A DNA stretch of 64,000 nucleotides from an uncultured Pseudomonadota bacterium. GTDB lineage: Bacteria > Oederibacteriota > Muellerivitia > Muellerivitales > Muellerivitaceae. Each line of letters starts with the position of its first letter. The first letter of the stretch is position 1. The translations under genes and the position numbers were made by a program. The notes below the pieces were generated by a model, which saw only the letters and a program-made list of their open reading frames with translations, made no database searches and was not told the origin of the DNA. The stretch is taken from assembly GCA_963836235.1 (NCBI GenBank), contig CAWIIP010000002.1, positions 832,001 through 896,000 of the forward strand, read 5' to 3'. Of the stretch, positions 39,898 through 49,059 are shown piece after piece.

Positions 39898-42261
39898 TCA
39901 CTTTCCACTGGTGAATGGCTTCCATTGTTCCTCAAGAAAAGTCCGGTACCTTCCCACACCTTTCGGACTTATTTCAACTTCGATGGCTCCCTCTTCGGCC
40001 GTGGATAAAACGACGGCTTCCGGCACCATGGATTGGAAGACTAAATGATCGTCCGGATAGTCACGCCAATCGCTTAAAACCACGAATCGGGGCTTGAAGC
40101 CTCTGGCGCAAAGAGCGGGTTCCCCACTTTTACGGCCGTGATGGGGAGCCATGAGCCAATCCACTTTGGGAAAAGGCTGGTTGTCTTTCAATAACTTCAC
40201 CAGCCCGTCTTTTTCCAAGTCACCTGGAAGGATCAGGTTGAATCCCGCGAAAGAAACCTTCGAAACAACCGACCGATTGTTGTCCGCGTGCAGATGAGGA
40301 ACGTACCTATCCGACGGGTGCAGAACGGTGAGTTGGGCCGGATTTAATTCGTTAAGCTGGTCCCCTTCTTTTAAAGCGATTAATCTCACGCCCCGTTTCC
40401 AGATCATCTCCTTGAACTCATGATAAATCCAACTATCCGATTGGGCTTGGGTTCCCTCATAGGCCTGGGAGACAGGATAGGCCGAGAGCACATTCACCAA
40501 CCCGCCTACATGATCCTCGTCGGGATGCGTATCCAGAACCCCCTCCACTTTTTGAATCCCCTTATGCCGAAGGAAGGAAACGACCACGCTGTACCGGTCC
40601 GGACCCCGGGCTTCCTTTCCACCGTCCACAATTAAGGTTTTACCTTGGGGTGACTCCAACACCACCGCGTTACCATGGCCTACAGCGAGGAAAGTGATTC
40701 GAAAAGGTTGGGGTTGAAAGTTTGAAAATCCCCAAGCTGTTCCCGCTGTTAGTAGGAAAAAAAGCCAAGCCCGGATCACCCAACGACGGCCCTTAAGGAA
40801 AAGCCGATGGCGTTGGATCCATTTTTCAGAGGGTTTTTCCGGCCGGGGAGAAGGCCAAAACCAGAAAAAGGTGGCCAAAAGAAGGCCATGAAAAATCAAA
40901 ACCCATCCGAGGGGAGGGGAAGCCACAATCCATTCGGCTTTGGGCAGTTGGGACAACCTATTGGCCAACCATATCAAAAGCTCCAAGGGAGCTTCGCAGG
41001 CTGCCCCAAATAAGTTTCCCAAAATTGGATGGACTAAAGCCCCGGCCAGCAAGGTGAGTCCCCCGGCCGCCGCGAACAAGGCAAGGGGAACAATCAACAG
41101 GTTGGATAAAACGGAATAGAAAGAGAATTGGTTGAAGTCATAAACAATGAGACACCAGACCGCCAGTTGGGCGGCGGTTGTCGCGGTGATCAAGAAAGCG
41201 GCAGGCCGCCATAGAAAAGAAAGTTTTTCCATTATCCAGGGCGCCATCACCATCAAACCCGCGGTAGCCAAAAAAGAAATTTGAAAGGAAAGGTCTTCCA
41301 ACACGAAAGGATTGAAGGCGATGATGAGGGCCGCGGTCGTCATGAGCAACATTCCGCCGTGAACACGCCTCTCAAATAGGATGGCGAACAGCGCCAAAGT
41401 TGAAAAAAGTCCCGCCCGACACACCGGCGGATGGGCACCCGTCATAAAAACAAAGAAAAGAAGGACTACCAGGGTCAATCCGGCCGCCCATTTGCGCTTG
41501 ATCTGAAAGGTTCGAAAGACCAAGAAAAACAGCCCTGCGATAAAAGCCGTAATCATGCCTGAAACAGCGAGGATATGGATCGTCCCTGTTAGAAAAAAGG
41601 ACTCCACCAAGTCATCGGGCAGCGGCGACCTCTCCCCTAGGAGAATTCCATCCAAAAGCGCGTTCTCAGGAAACGGCAGGTAGCGGTAGAGCGCGTTTTC
41701 CGCCGCGCGCTTGAGTCCATAGGACCAGCGTAAGATCGTCCAGCCCTGGAAACCAGGATGGCCGTTTCCGCCTGAAACCTGGCGAACTTTCTCCCATTTC
41801 CCCGGCGCGGCGTATATCAAGTAAGCCACGCCTTTGGTCTTAAGATAATGGGCATAATCAAATTGCCCGGGATTGAGGACCGGCAAGGGTTTTTCGACCT
41901 TCCCTTGAATCCGTAGCACGTCTCCATAAGACAAAATCGGTTGGGTTGTTCGGGGATCAAGGCGGAAAGTACAGCGGGCCTTAACCGGTGGAACCGGACG
42001 GCCGTCGTGGGAAAAAAGGGTGCAAACCGCCCGGACTTCCTTAACAAAAGGCTGGTAAGAATTATTCAGTCGGCCCGTGTCATGGCTTCCGGGATTGTGT
42101 TCGAAGAGAACCTCCGGTTCTTCCGAAACCCATGCGGTGAAAATCCCGGTTTGGGGCCCGGGGAAAACCGCCCGCTGCTTTTCAAAGGCCCATTGTCCCT
42201 GGAAAACGCGGAAAAGAAGGGCGACCGAAAGGACAAAGGCAAACCAATAGCGGTAGGCCAT
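39898..42261 (-). CDS. comEC: DNA uptake competence protein ComEC/Rec2
   Basis: NPGQFDY, GTIHILAVSG, SFQISF.AT, MBL motif THPDEDHVGG, GDLE, PHHG. Confidence 0.93.
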   Translation of the reverse strand: MAYRYWFAFVLSVALLFRVFQGQWAFEKQRAVFPGPQTGIFTAWVSEEPEVLFEHNPGSHDTGRLNNSYQPFVKEVRAVCTLFSHDGRPVPPVKARCTFRLDPRTTQPILSYGDVLRIQGKVEKPLPVLNPGQFDYAHYLKTKGVAYLIYAAPGKWEKVRQVSGGNGHPGFQGWTILRWSYGLKRAAENALYRYLPFPENALLDGILLGERSPLPDDLVESFFLTGTIHILAVSGMITAFIAGLFFLVFRTFQIKRKWAAGLTLVVLLFFVFMTGAHPPVCRAGLFSTLALFAILFERRVHGGMLLMTTAALIIAFNPFVLEDLSFQISFLATAGLMVMAPWIMEKLSFLWRPAAFLITATTAAQLAVWCLIVYDFNQFSFYSVLSNLLIVPLALFAAAGGLTLLAGALVHPILGNLFGAACEAPLELLIWLANRLSQLPKAEWIVASPPLGWVLIFHGLLLATFFWFWPSPRPEKPSEKWIQRHRLFLKGRRWVIRAWLFFLLTAGTAWGFSNFQPQPFRITFLAVGHGNAVVLESPQGKTLIVDGGKEARGPDRYSVVVSFLRHKGIQKVEGVLDTHPDEDHVGGLVNVLSAYPVSQAYEGTQAQSDSWIYHEFKEMIWKRGVRLIALKEGDQLNELNPAQLTVLHPSDRYVPHLHADNNRSVVSKVSFAGFNLILPGDLEKDGLVKLLKDNQPFPKVDWLMAPHHGRKSGEPALCARGFKPRFVVLSDWRDYPDDHLVFQSMVPEAVVLSTAEEGAIEVEISPKGVGRYRTFLEEQWKPFTSGK

Positions 42262-42266
42262 GGAAA

Positions 42267-42761
42267 TTACCGCAGATAATCCGGAATGTTACCATCCTTA
42301 AAGTCAAAAAAACCGAAACCTGAAACATCGATCGAGCTGGCCTGGGCATTGGCCACCACCTCGATTTTTAAAAAATATTTGCCCTTGGGATACTTCGTGG
42401 TCTTCGCTGCGTAAAAAAAGTCCCTTTTAGACCTTTTCCAGGTGCCGTCGACACGCGTACCGGATTTGGAAATCTTATAGTCGCATTCCAGTGGCCGCCC
42501 ATAAAATCCATATATCTTTTGGATGACTTTCTCCACGTCCTTTTCATCCCGCACCATGGCGGAAAACCCAGCGTCCAACCGGTTAAACAGATCCTTTGAA
42601 TTATCTCCAATGAGGTCGTTGGCCGCGGCGTCACTGACCGCTCGGGCTTGTTGAAGGTCGAGTTCCGGAAGCCCTGGTTCGGGAGAGGAACCACAGGAGG
42701 ACAATCCGGCCCATAAAATCACAAAACCTAATAGTAAATGAAAAATCGAGGGTCGAAACAA
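42267..42761 (-). CDS. Hypothetical lipoprotein
   Basis: Lipobox LSSC. Confidence 0.7.
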   Translation of the reverse strand: MFRPSIFHLLLGFVILWAGLSSCGSSPEPGLPELDLQQARAVSDAAANDLIGDNSKDLFNRLDAGFSAMVRDEKDVEKVIQKIYGFYGRPLECDYKISKSGTRVDGTWKRSKRDFFYAAKTTKYPKGKYFLKIEVVANAQASSIDVSGFGFFDFKDGNIPDYLR

Positions 42762-42832
42762 ATGCCGCTCCCAAAATTTAATTTTGAATATCTTTCGGGT
42801 GAGGAAGTAAAACCCAAGAGAGTTATCAGATT

Positions 42833-43402
42833 TTAAAGACTGAAATTGATTCCGGTTTGGATCGGAAGATAAAGGGTCGTTTTATCCGCAGAAAACCGGG
42901 AGGAAGTTAAATCCAGGGATTCCTTTGCTTGGATAAAGACATTGGCTTGATCGGCCAGGGTGAATTCCAACCCCAGCCCGCCCTCGAATAAGGCGTCGGT
43001 CTCATGCGGATTATCCGTGGAAGCCTTGCTGGTGGGCATGTTGATCACGGCCCCTTCCCCTATAAAGAAGAAAGGATGGATGGTGGAAATGGAGCTAAAC
43101 CGGTACTTTTCCAGAACCGCCAATTCCACGGTGTCAAAAGCGAAGGCCGGAAGGTTTCCCGATGGATTTTGACCGTCCATATCCTGAATCTCTCCGTCCA
43201 GGAGAATGGAAAAGTGGGAATTGAATTTATAACCCACTTCTGCTCCAAAACTGTAGCCCGAGGTGTAATTTTCGTAAAGGGTCTTGCTGACAGGAGAAAC
43301 CATTCCACCCTCGGCTTGAAACTCAATTCCTGAATCCGTTCCGGCCCAAAGACGGGAAGCGATCGATAGGATAAGCGCCGCAAAGAATAATTTATTTTTC
43401 AA
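42833..43402 (-). CDS. Outer-membrane beta-barrel protein (paralog of 32264-32857)
   Basis: Signal peptide LWA; C-terminal LPIQTGINFSL; TTG start after AGGAG. Confidence 0.72.
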   Translation of the reverse strand: MKNKLFFAALILSIASRLWAGTDSGIEFQAEGGMVSPVSKTLYENYTSGYSFGAEVGYKFNSHFSILLDGEIQDMDGQNPSGNLPAFAFDTVELAVLEKYRFSSISTIHPFFFIGEGAVINMPTSKASTDNPHETDALFEGGLGLEFTLADQANVFIQAKESLDLTSSRFSADKTTLYLPIQTGINFSL

Positions 43403-43492
43403 AAGAAAGCTCCTGCCTTTCGAGTAGTTGAGCAATTATAAAAGGTCCTTCGTAAAAGGGAAATCTATTGTCGGAAAGCCGGGTAATTCACT

Positions 43493-44914
43493 TCATTTTT
43501 CATAGGAAATAGGCACTCGAACTTCCTTCGCGATCCGGTCGCGGGAGGAATAGGTGGCCATCACCTGCATTTTCAAATAATAGGTTCCCTTGGAGAGGGA
43601 CGAACCGGGCGTCCAGTCGATCTCCTGGGAACCTTGTCCCAAATCCTGCTTCTGCGACAAAGTGGTAACCGAATTGCCCGCGTCATCCTGAATCTCGGCG
43701 CTAATCAGGGCCCTTTCCGTCAAAAAACAGGAGATTCGGAAGCCTTTGTCGGACGGCTCCACCTTGATATTGACCGCATCCGCTCCGTTCCAAAAATATT
43801 GAACGCTGTTTTTTTCGGCTACGAGGATCTGGCCGAACTGGTGGTTGATGGCGATTCCCCGGGGTTCGGTAAATTGGAAATCGTCCGTTCCCAAGCTTCC
43901 AAAGGTCACCACATAGTGGAGGTCCTTATCGAACTTCCGCAAGCAGGATTTCTCAAAATCCGTGGTCACGACGTTTCCGTAATAATCGAAAGCGCAGCCA
44001 TACAATTTGACGGGTGAATCAGGAATTTGGTCAGTAGTGATTTGGGCGAGCGCCCCTCCCTCCAAATCCATCGTTTGAAGCCTTTGCCCCTGGCGGTCGA
44101 TGATCGCCAATCGGTTGGCGTAGGGGCCTTGCTGATAAAAGGTCCAGGCTTCGTGGGCGTCGATTACCGCGATTGCCGAAGGGCCTTCTAAGGGTGGCGT
44201 ATTTAAAACCCGGAACCGTCCGTTGGCATCCCGCACCTGAATCCGGTTATTTCCGGTGTCCGCGACGTAAAGGCGGCCCTGGGAGTCATAGGCCACGCCC
44301 ATCGGCCCGTTGAACTGTCCGGTGCTGGCCCCGAGTTTACCTATGGTGTTAATCCAAGTCAGCCTCAGTCCGTCATGTTGCAAAAAAGCGATCCGGTTGT
44401 TTCCTGTATCGGCAATGGCGACTTCCCCGCCCGTACTGATGGCGGCGCCGGTAGGATGGTAAAACTGTTTATCATCGTGACCAACGGACCCGAAGCGGCG
44501 AATATCCTTAAGACCCACGTTATAAATAATTTCTCCCGCCCCCGAATTCACTCCGATGCAAGTCACCACAATGTCATTTTGAGGGGATTTGGGGTCGTGG
44601 TCATTTTTTAAGAGGGCGCAAGCGACTCCTCGGGGATCGTCAAAACTGCAGCCCGGAACCATGAGCGACAACATGGTTTGGGTGCCACGGTGAATATTGA
44701 ATGGCAGGAACCCGTCGGAAGGATAAAGAAAAGTGGAGGGGACTTCCTTAATGATCTGTACTCCATCCGCAAAAACCCAGCCGGCAAGAGCCAAAAAAAG
44801 AAGAGTTAACCGCCAAGACGCTAAGATGCCAAGAAAACCCGGAAACAGGGATTCATCTCCTTTTTTATTTTTGTTATCGGCTTTTCTTAGTGCCTTGGCT
44901 TCTTGGCGGTTCAA
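43493..44914 (-). CDS. Exported NHL-repeat protein with FlgD-like C-terminal domain
   Basis: QF..P.G...IADTGNNRI repeats; C-terminal DAGNSV...W...GTYY; TTG start after AAGGA. Confidence 0.85.
   Translation of the reverse strand: MNRQEAKALRKADNKNKKGDESLFPGFLGILASWRLTLLFLALAGWVFADGVQIIKEVPSTFLYPSDGFLPFNIHRGTQTMLSLMVPGCSFDDPRGVACALLKNDHDPKSPQNDIVVTCIGVNSGAGEIIYNVGLKDIRRFGSVGHDDKQFYHPTGAAISTGGEVAIADTGNNRIAFLQHDGLRLTWINTIGKLGASTGQFNGPMGVAYDSQGRLYVADTGNNRIQVRDANGRFRVLNTPPLEGPSAIAVIDAHEAWTFYQQGPYANRLAIIDRQGQRLQTMDLEGGALAQITTDQIPDSPVKLYGCAFDYYGNVVTTDFEKSCLRKFDKDLHYVVTFGSLGTDDFQFTEPRGIAINHQFGQILVAEKNSVQYFWNGADAVNIKVEPSDKGFRISCFLTERALISAEIQDDAGNSVTTLSQKQDLGQGSQEIDWTPGSSLSKGTYYLKMQVMATYSSRDRIAKEVRVPISYEK
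44806..44914. repeat. REP/MITE-like element in frame in the N-terminus of the NHL gene
   Basis: TTAACCGCCAAGACGCTAAGATGCCAAGAA ... TTCTTAGTGCCTTGGCTTCTTGGCGGTTCAA. Confidence 0.85.
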
Positions 44915-44925
44915 ATTCTTTTCCT

Positions 44926-47064
44926 TTAAACTTTTTTGGGAACCACTTTGAAATCCTGTTCGTTGTGCGCGACCGGCTTGCCTTTTCGATCCCAAACCCT
45001 AATTTGCACCTGATAATCACCATACCGGGCGGTCTCGGGAACGGTGAAGCCTTTCATATGGGCGAACCTTTCTTTTGTATCGAAGGGTGTGGAAACCGAA
45101 TCCGCTGCGATATCGCAGGTCTTCGCTTCCCGAAAAAGGACTTTGCCTTTCGGATCCAAAACCCGGGCCTCCACTTTAAGGCCTTTCCACGAGTAGGGAA
45201 AGTCGTTGACCATATGAAGGCCCTTCAAAAAAGATTGCCCCCAATTCAGGATATCCTTGCGGTTGTATTGGGTAACATGGGTGCGCCAGACGGGCAAAAG
45301 CGGCTGGGATGCCGTCTGAAGGGCCTCATAACCCTCCTTCGGTTTGCGGAAATAATCCACCACGCTCCAGGTAATGGAGGGCCAACAGTCCACGAACATG
45401 AATTGAAAATAACCGGTCATGGGTTTGTACTTTTTGATGCGGAAGCTTTGGATATATTCTTTCAACACAAGGGCTTGGTACTTCTGGCTATTGGCCACGA
45501 ATTCCCCTATTGATTTTCCCATTTCAATCCTGGCCACGTTGAAAGTTTGAAAATATTGAAAGTCGTGGACGGCCCACTTTTTCCAATCGGGCGGCCATAA
45601 CTCCTTGGGACCAAACATTTTCTTTAAAGTCGAAAGTTCCGGCAGGGCCTGGGCGCCGAACTCGGAATAAAAGGGATTTTCCGGGCCAAGTATTCCGGGA
45701 GCATCCTTGAGCACCGAATCCTCCCAATACCATCCCGGGTAAGGGTGAAAGCGGAAGTCGCTGGCTTCATCCACAAAGCGGCTCTGATCCTCTTCCTTCA
45801 CGGCCCTGGCCAAAATCGGATCCAGTTTGTCACGGTTATGGGACGGCTCATTGTGGCAGCACCAGACCAGAATGGAGGGATGGTTGTAAAGCAAATGGAC
45901 CATTTCCTTGATCTGCCGACAGGCGTTGCGGGTAAAGGCGGGCGTATCCTCATAACTCCATTGCAAGGCGAAGTCCTGCCACACGAAAAGGCCCGCCTCA
46001 TCGCAGGCGGCATAAAACTCTTCCCGATTCACGTGCGCGTGAACCCGGACCCCATTCAAGTTGGCGTCCTGCATCAATTGCACATCCCGCCTGGCCCGTG
46101 AAGCCTTGTATTCCGAAAGCCATTGGGTAGGAATAATATTAGTGGCCCGGGGGAAAAAAGTCCGGCCGTTGAGGATAAACTTCCATTCGGGCGTCACTTT
46201 AACTTCACGGATACCGAAACGCGCCTCGCCTTTTTCCACCACATGACCCGTCCCCGAGTGATGAACGGCGATGGAAGCCTTATAAAGATTCGGCTTGCCC
46301 TGGTCCCATGTCCACCAGAGACGGGGCTTTTTAAAAACTTGTTGAATTTGGACTTCGGTCTGTCCCCTTTGCAGGTGGATATTCTTTTGGGTCAACAGCT
46401 TCGTGGGAAAACCAATGCCTTCAAACTGAGTCCGGATGTCATAGGTTCCAGATTCCGCCACATTGACTAAAACCAGCTTCAGGGTCACTACCGCTTGACC
46501 GTTGGGCCGCAGGGCCGTATCCACCTGGGTGCGCTTTAAGAATACCTGGTCCACAATCAGCAGTTCCACGTCGTTCCAGAGGCCTCCCGTATTATGATCC
46601 TGTCCATGTTCCAGGTCCCAACTTCCTGGACGGGCATCATGGTGGTTGAAGATGCCTTTGATCAGGTGTTTGTGGTGAGGCCAGGCCTTTGGACTTTCCT
46701 TCGGGGACTCCACCCAGACTTTTAGATGGTTCTCCCTACCCAAAATCTTTGAGGCGTCGAACTCAAAGGTTTGGAAATAACCTTCGTGCTTCCCCAGAAG
46801 ATGTCCATTGAACTCAGCCTTCAGGAAATAATCAGCCCCTTTAAACCGCAGAAAGGCCGCTTGGCCTTTTTTGAGTGGTGATGCCTTGAACTCCCTCTCA
46901 TAAAGAGCTTCGCCAGCGAAATCCTCGCCTTGCAGATACCAATTGGAGGGAACAGCAATGTTTCGTGCCTTGGGATTCTCAAGCGGAATGGACCTTTTAT
47001 AGAGGGACGACTCGGCCAGTTTTGTGAATTTCCACCGGCCATTCAGGGTGAGAGCTTGAGTCAC
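44926..47064 (-). CDS. GH2 glycoside hydrolase (beta-mannosidase-like), cytoplasmic
   Basis: RVHAHV, WQDF, NHPSI..WCCHNEP, SEFGAQALP. Confidence 0.9.
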   Translation of the reverse strand: MTQALTLNGRWKFTKLAESSLYKRSIPLENPKARNIAVPSNWYLQGEDFAGEALYEREFKASPLKKGQAAFLRFKGADYFLKAEFNGHLLGKHEGYFQTFEFDASKILGRENHLKVWVESPKESPKAWPHHKHLIKGIFNHHDARPGSWDLEHGQDHNTGGLWNDVELLIVDQVFLKRTQVDTALRPNGQAVVTLKLVLVNVAESGTYDIRTQFEGIGFPTKLLTQKNIHLQRGQTEVQIQQVFKKPRLWWTWDQGKPNLYKASIAVHHSGTGHVVEKGEARFGIREVKVTPEWKFILNGRTFFPRATNIIPTQWLSEYKASRARRDVQLMQDANLNGVRVHAHVNREEFYAACDEAGLFVWQDFALQWSYEDTPAFTRNACRQIKEMVHLLYNHPSILVWCCHNEPSHNRDKLDPILARAVKEEDQSRFVDEASDFRFHPYPGWYWEDSVLKDAPGILGPENPFYSEFGAQALPELSTLKKMFGPKELWPPDWKKWAVHDFQYFQTFNVARIEMGKSIGEFVANSQKYQALVLKEYIQSFRIKKYKPMTGYFQFMFVDCWPSITWSVVDYFRKPKEGYEALQTASQPLLPVWRTHVTQYNRKDILNWGQSFLKGLHMVNDFPYSWKGLKVEARVLDPKGKVLFREAKTCDIAADSVSTPFDTKERFAHMKGFTVPETARYGDYQVQIRVWDRKGKPVAHNEQDFKVVPKKV

Positions 47065-47077
47065 GGTGTTTCCTTTT

Positions 47078-47182
47078 CTATCGGGCAAGCCATTTAAATC
47101 CAAGCATGACTAAACCCAAAACCACCATCAAGGCGATAAACCCCAGGACTTTCTTTTCCTGGGAAGTCAGGGCTATCCGCAT
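47078..47182 (-). CDS. 34-aa single-TM protein
   Basis: Manual translation MRIALTSQEKKVLGFIALMVVLGLVMLGFKWLAR; its stop abuts the RBS of the GH2 gene. Confidence 0.55.
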   Translation of the reverse strand: MRIALTSQEKKVLGFIALMVVLGLVMLGFKWLAR

Positions 47183-47365
47183 AAATATCACCAATGATTC
47201 CAAATCTTATCCCAATAGAAAAAAACAGGGAGAACAAAGGCGTTCATTATATCCAGGTTGGAGGTTTCCATAAGTACTTGAACTATCTGTCTTTGGTTTT
47301 TTTCGGGTGACTCAGGCGTTAAAAACCCCTTTTCCTCCGTTAATTTCGGCCAATGGGTTCGTCCC

Positions 47366-47393
47366 GAACACTTTTATCCCTTTAAACCGTCTA
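47366..47393 (+). promoter_or_regulatory. Putative autoregulatory ECF promoter GAACAC-N16-CGTCTA
   Basis: AAC/CGT ECF signature; a similar motif recurs at 47970-47997. Confidence 0.6.
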
Positions 47394-47431
47394 AAATAAG
47401 GAGTCGGTATCAATATTAGGTAGGCAATGCC

Positions 47432-48019
47432 ATTAACGACCATGAACTGATTGAAAAAATCCGCTCCGGCCAAAAAGAGCTTTACGCCGAACTTGTGCGC
47501 CAATACCACAAGAAAGTGATGGGCTATTGCCTTTCCATGCTCCAAAACCATACCGAGGCGGAGGAAGCGGCCCAGGACGTTTTTGTGAAAGCCTATAAAT
47601 CCTTGGGCAAATTTAAGGGTAATTCTTCCTTTTCCACCTGGCTGTACCGCATCACAGCCAACCATTGCCTGGATGTATTAAGGAAGAGAAACCGGCGAAG
47701 AACCGTCTCACTCGATACCCTGGTGGAGGAGGAAGGCGACCAGGTCCACCAGCTCTTTTCCACCCCTCCCGTGGCAGCTTCCCAGATGGAAAACCGTGAT
47801 TTGGCGGGTAAAATCCTCTCCACATTGCCCCAGGACTACCGTACCATCCTGACGCTCCGGGAAGCGGAAGGCCTGGAATACCAGGAAATCGCTGAAGTCA
47901 TGGAATGTTCCCTGGATGCCGTGAAGGGCCGCCTTTCACGCGCCCGTAAGCAATTGCAGGAGAATTTACGACACTTTATCCAGGAAAAAGACGTCTATAC
48001 CGATGAGCGGGAGAAATAA
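47432..48019 (+). CDS. ECF sigma factor (start uncertain; possibly ATT at 47432)
   Basis: NDHELIEKIRSG, AEEAAQDVF, FSTWLYRI..N.C.D, YQEIAEVM..S...VKGRLSRAR. Confidence 0.92.
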   Translation: MNDHELIEKIRSGQKELYAELVRQYHKKVMGYCLSMLQNHTEAEEAAQDVFVKAYKSLGKFKGNSSFSTWLYRITANHCLDVLRKRNRRRTVSLDTLVEEEGDQVHQLFSTPPVAASQMENRDLAGKILSTLPQDYRTILTLREAEGLEYQEIAEVMECSLDAVKGRLSRARKQLQENLRHFIQEKDVYTDEREK

Positions 48020-48478
48020 ATGAATCACGAAGCAATCCAACAAAAACTACTGGCCTTGTTTGACGGACCCCTGACCGAAAAGGAAAGGAAGCTGGTAGAA
48101 AGCCATTTGCCTCATTGCGCCGAATGCCGTCGGGCCATCGCCGAATGGAAAGTCGTGTCTCGTAAGCTATTCTCAGCTCAGACCTTCTCGGAGGCGTCTG
48201 AGGATTTCTTCGTCTTGAAAGTCATGAACCGTTTGGAATCCGCTTCCCCAAAGAGCGGCTTCTTCTCTCGCGGTTTTGCCCTGCGGTGGCTGGTCCCCCT
48301 CCTGGGGTCAGCCGCCGTGGCGGCTTGGGTCTTTTTCACGATTCTTCCCGATTCGACTGAGCTGGTTTCACCCACCAATGTTGAAACGGCTTTTTCCTCA
48401 AACTTTTCTTACGGTACTTCCACGAACACCGGGATTACCTTGGCTTCCTATACACCCGCCGACGATTACACACCTTAA
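48020..48478 (+). CDS. Zinc-binding (zf-HC2/ZAS) anti-sigma factor
   Basis: HLPHCAEC (HxxxCxxC) followed by one TM helix. Confidence 0.88.
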   Translation: MNHEAIQQKLLALFDGPLTEKERKLVESHLPHCAECRRAIAEWKVVSRKLFSAQTFSEASEDFFVLKVMNRLESASPKSGFFSRGFALRWLVPLLGSAAVAAWVFFTILPDSTELVSPTNVETAFSSNFSYGTSTNTGITLASYTPADDYTP

Positions 48479-48490
48479 AAGGACTCAATT

Positions 48491-48913
48491 ATGAAATCAT
48501 GGATTAAAACTTCGTTAACCCTCCTCATTGGGTTCCTTTTGGGAGTCACGGCCACTGGTATAGTGATCCACCATTTTTTTGGTCCACACCATCCACCTGG
48601 AATCGTCGATGCGGACCGCATTCTGAAGCGCTTGGTTTCCCGATACGACTTAACCGAGGACCAAAAAGGGAAAGTATCTGTTCTTTTAAAACAAGAGCTT
48701 CCTAAAACCGACGCCTTACGCAAAGAAGGAGACGAAAAATTCAAGGCTCTCAGGGACTCCTTCAATAGCCAGCTCAGGGCACTCTTAACCCCCGATCAGC
48801 AGAAAAAGTTAGATGACATGGTGGCAAAATGGGAACAAAAGCAAAAGGAAAGGTCCCACTTTTTTGGTTGTGATAATGGCCCTGTTTCCGCCTCGGCCGT
48901 TACGGGCAATTAA
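48491..48913 (+). CDS. Spy/CpxP/ZraP-like periplasmic helical protein
   Basis: LTEDQ and LTPDQ (LTxxQ) motifs; His-rich segment after the N-terminal TM. Confidence 0.78.
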   Translation: MKSWIKTSLTLLIGFLLGVTATGIVIHHFFGPHHPPGIVDADRILKRLVSRYDLTEDQKGKVSVLLKQELPKTDALRKEGDEKFKALRDSFNSQLRALLTPDQQKKLDDMVAKWEQKQKERSHFFGCDNGPVSASAVTGN

Positions 48914-49059
48914 TTCGCTTGAAATTTGATATTTTAAGCTCATCTGGTTTTACCCGACTTTTTTAATCAGTCAGGATTGAATCCAGGCTCCCAATGGGCA
49001 TAATGTCCCCCACTTGAATATCCGTTCGAATCTAGTTCCTATGATGAGGAGACTTTAAC

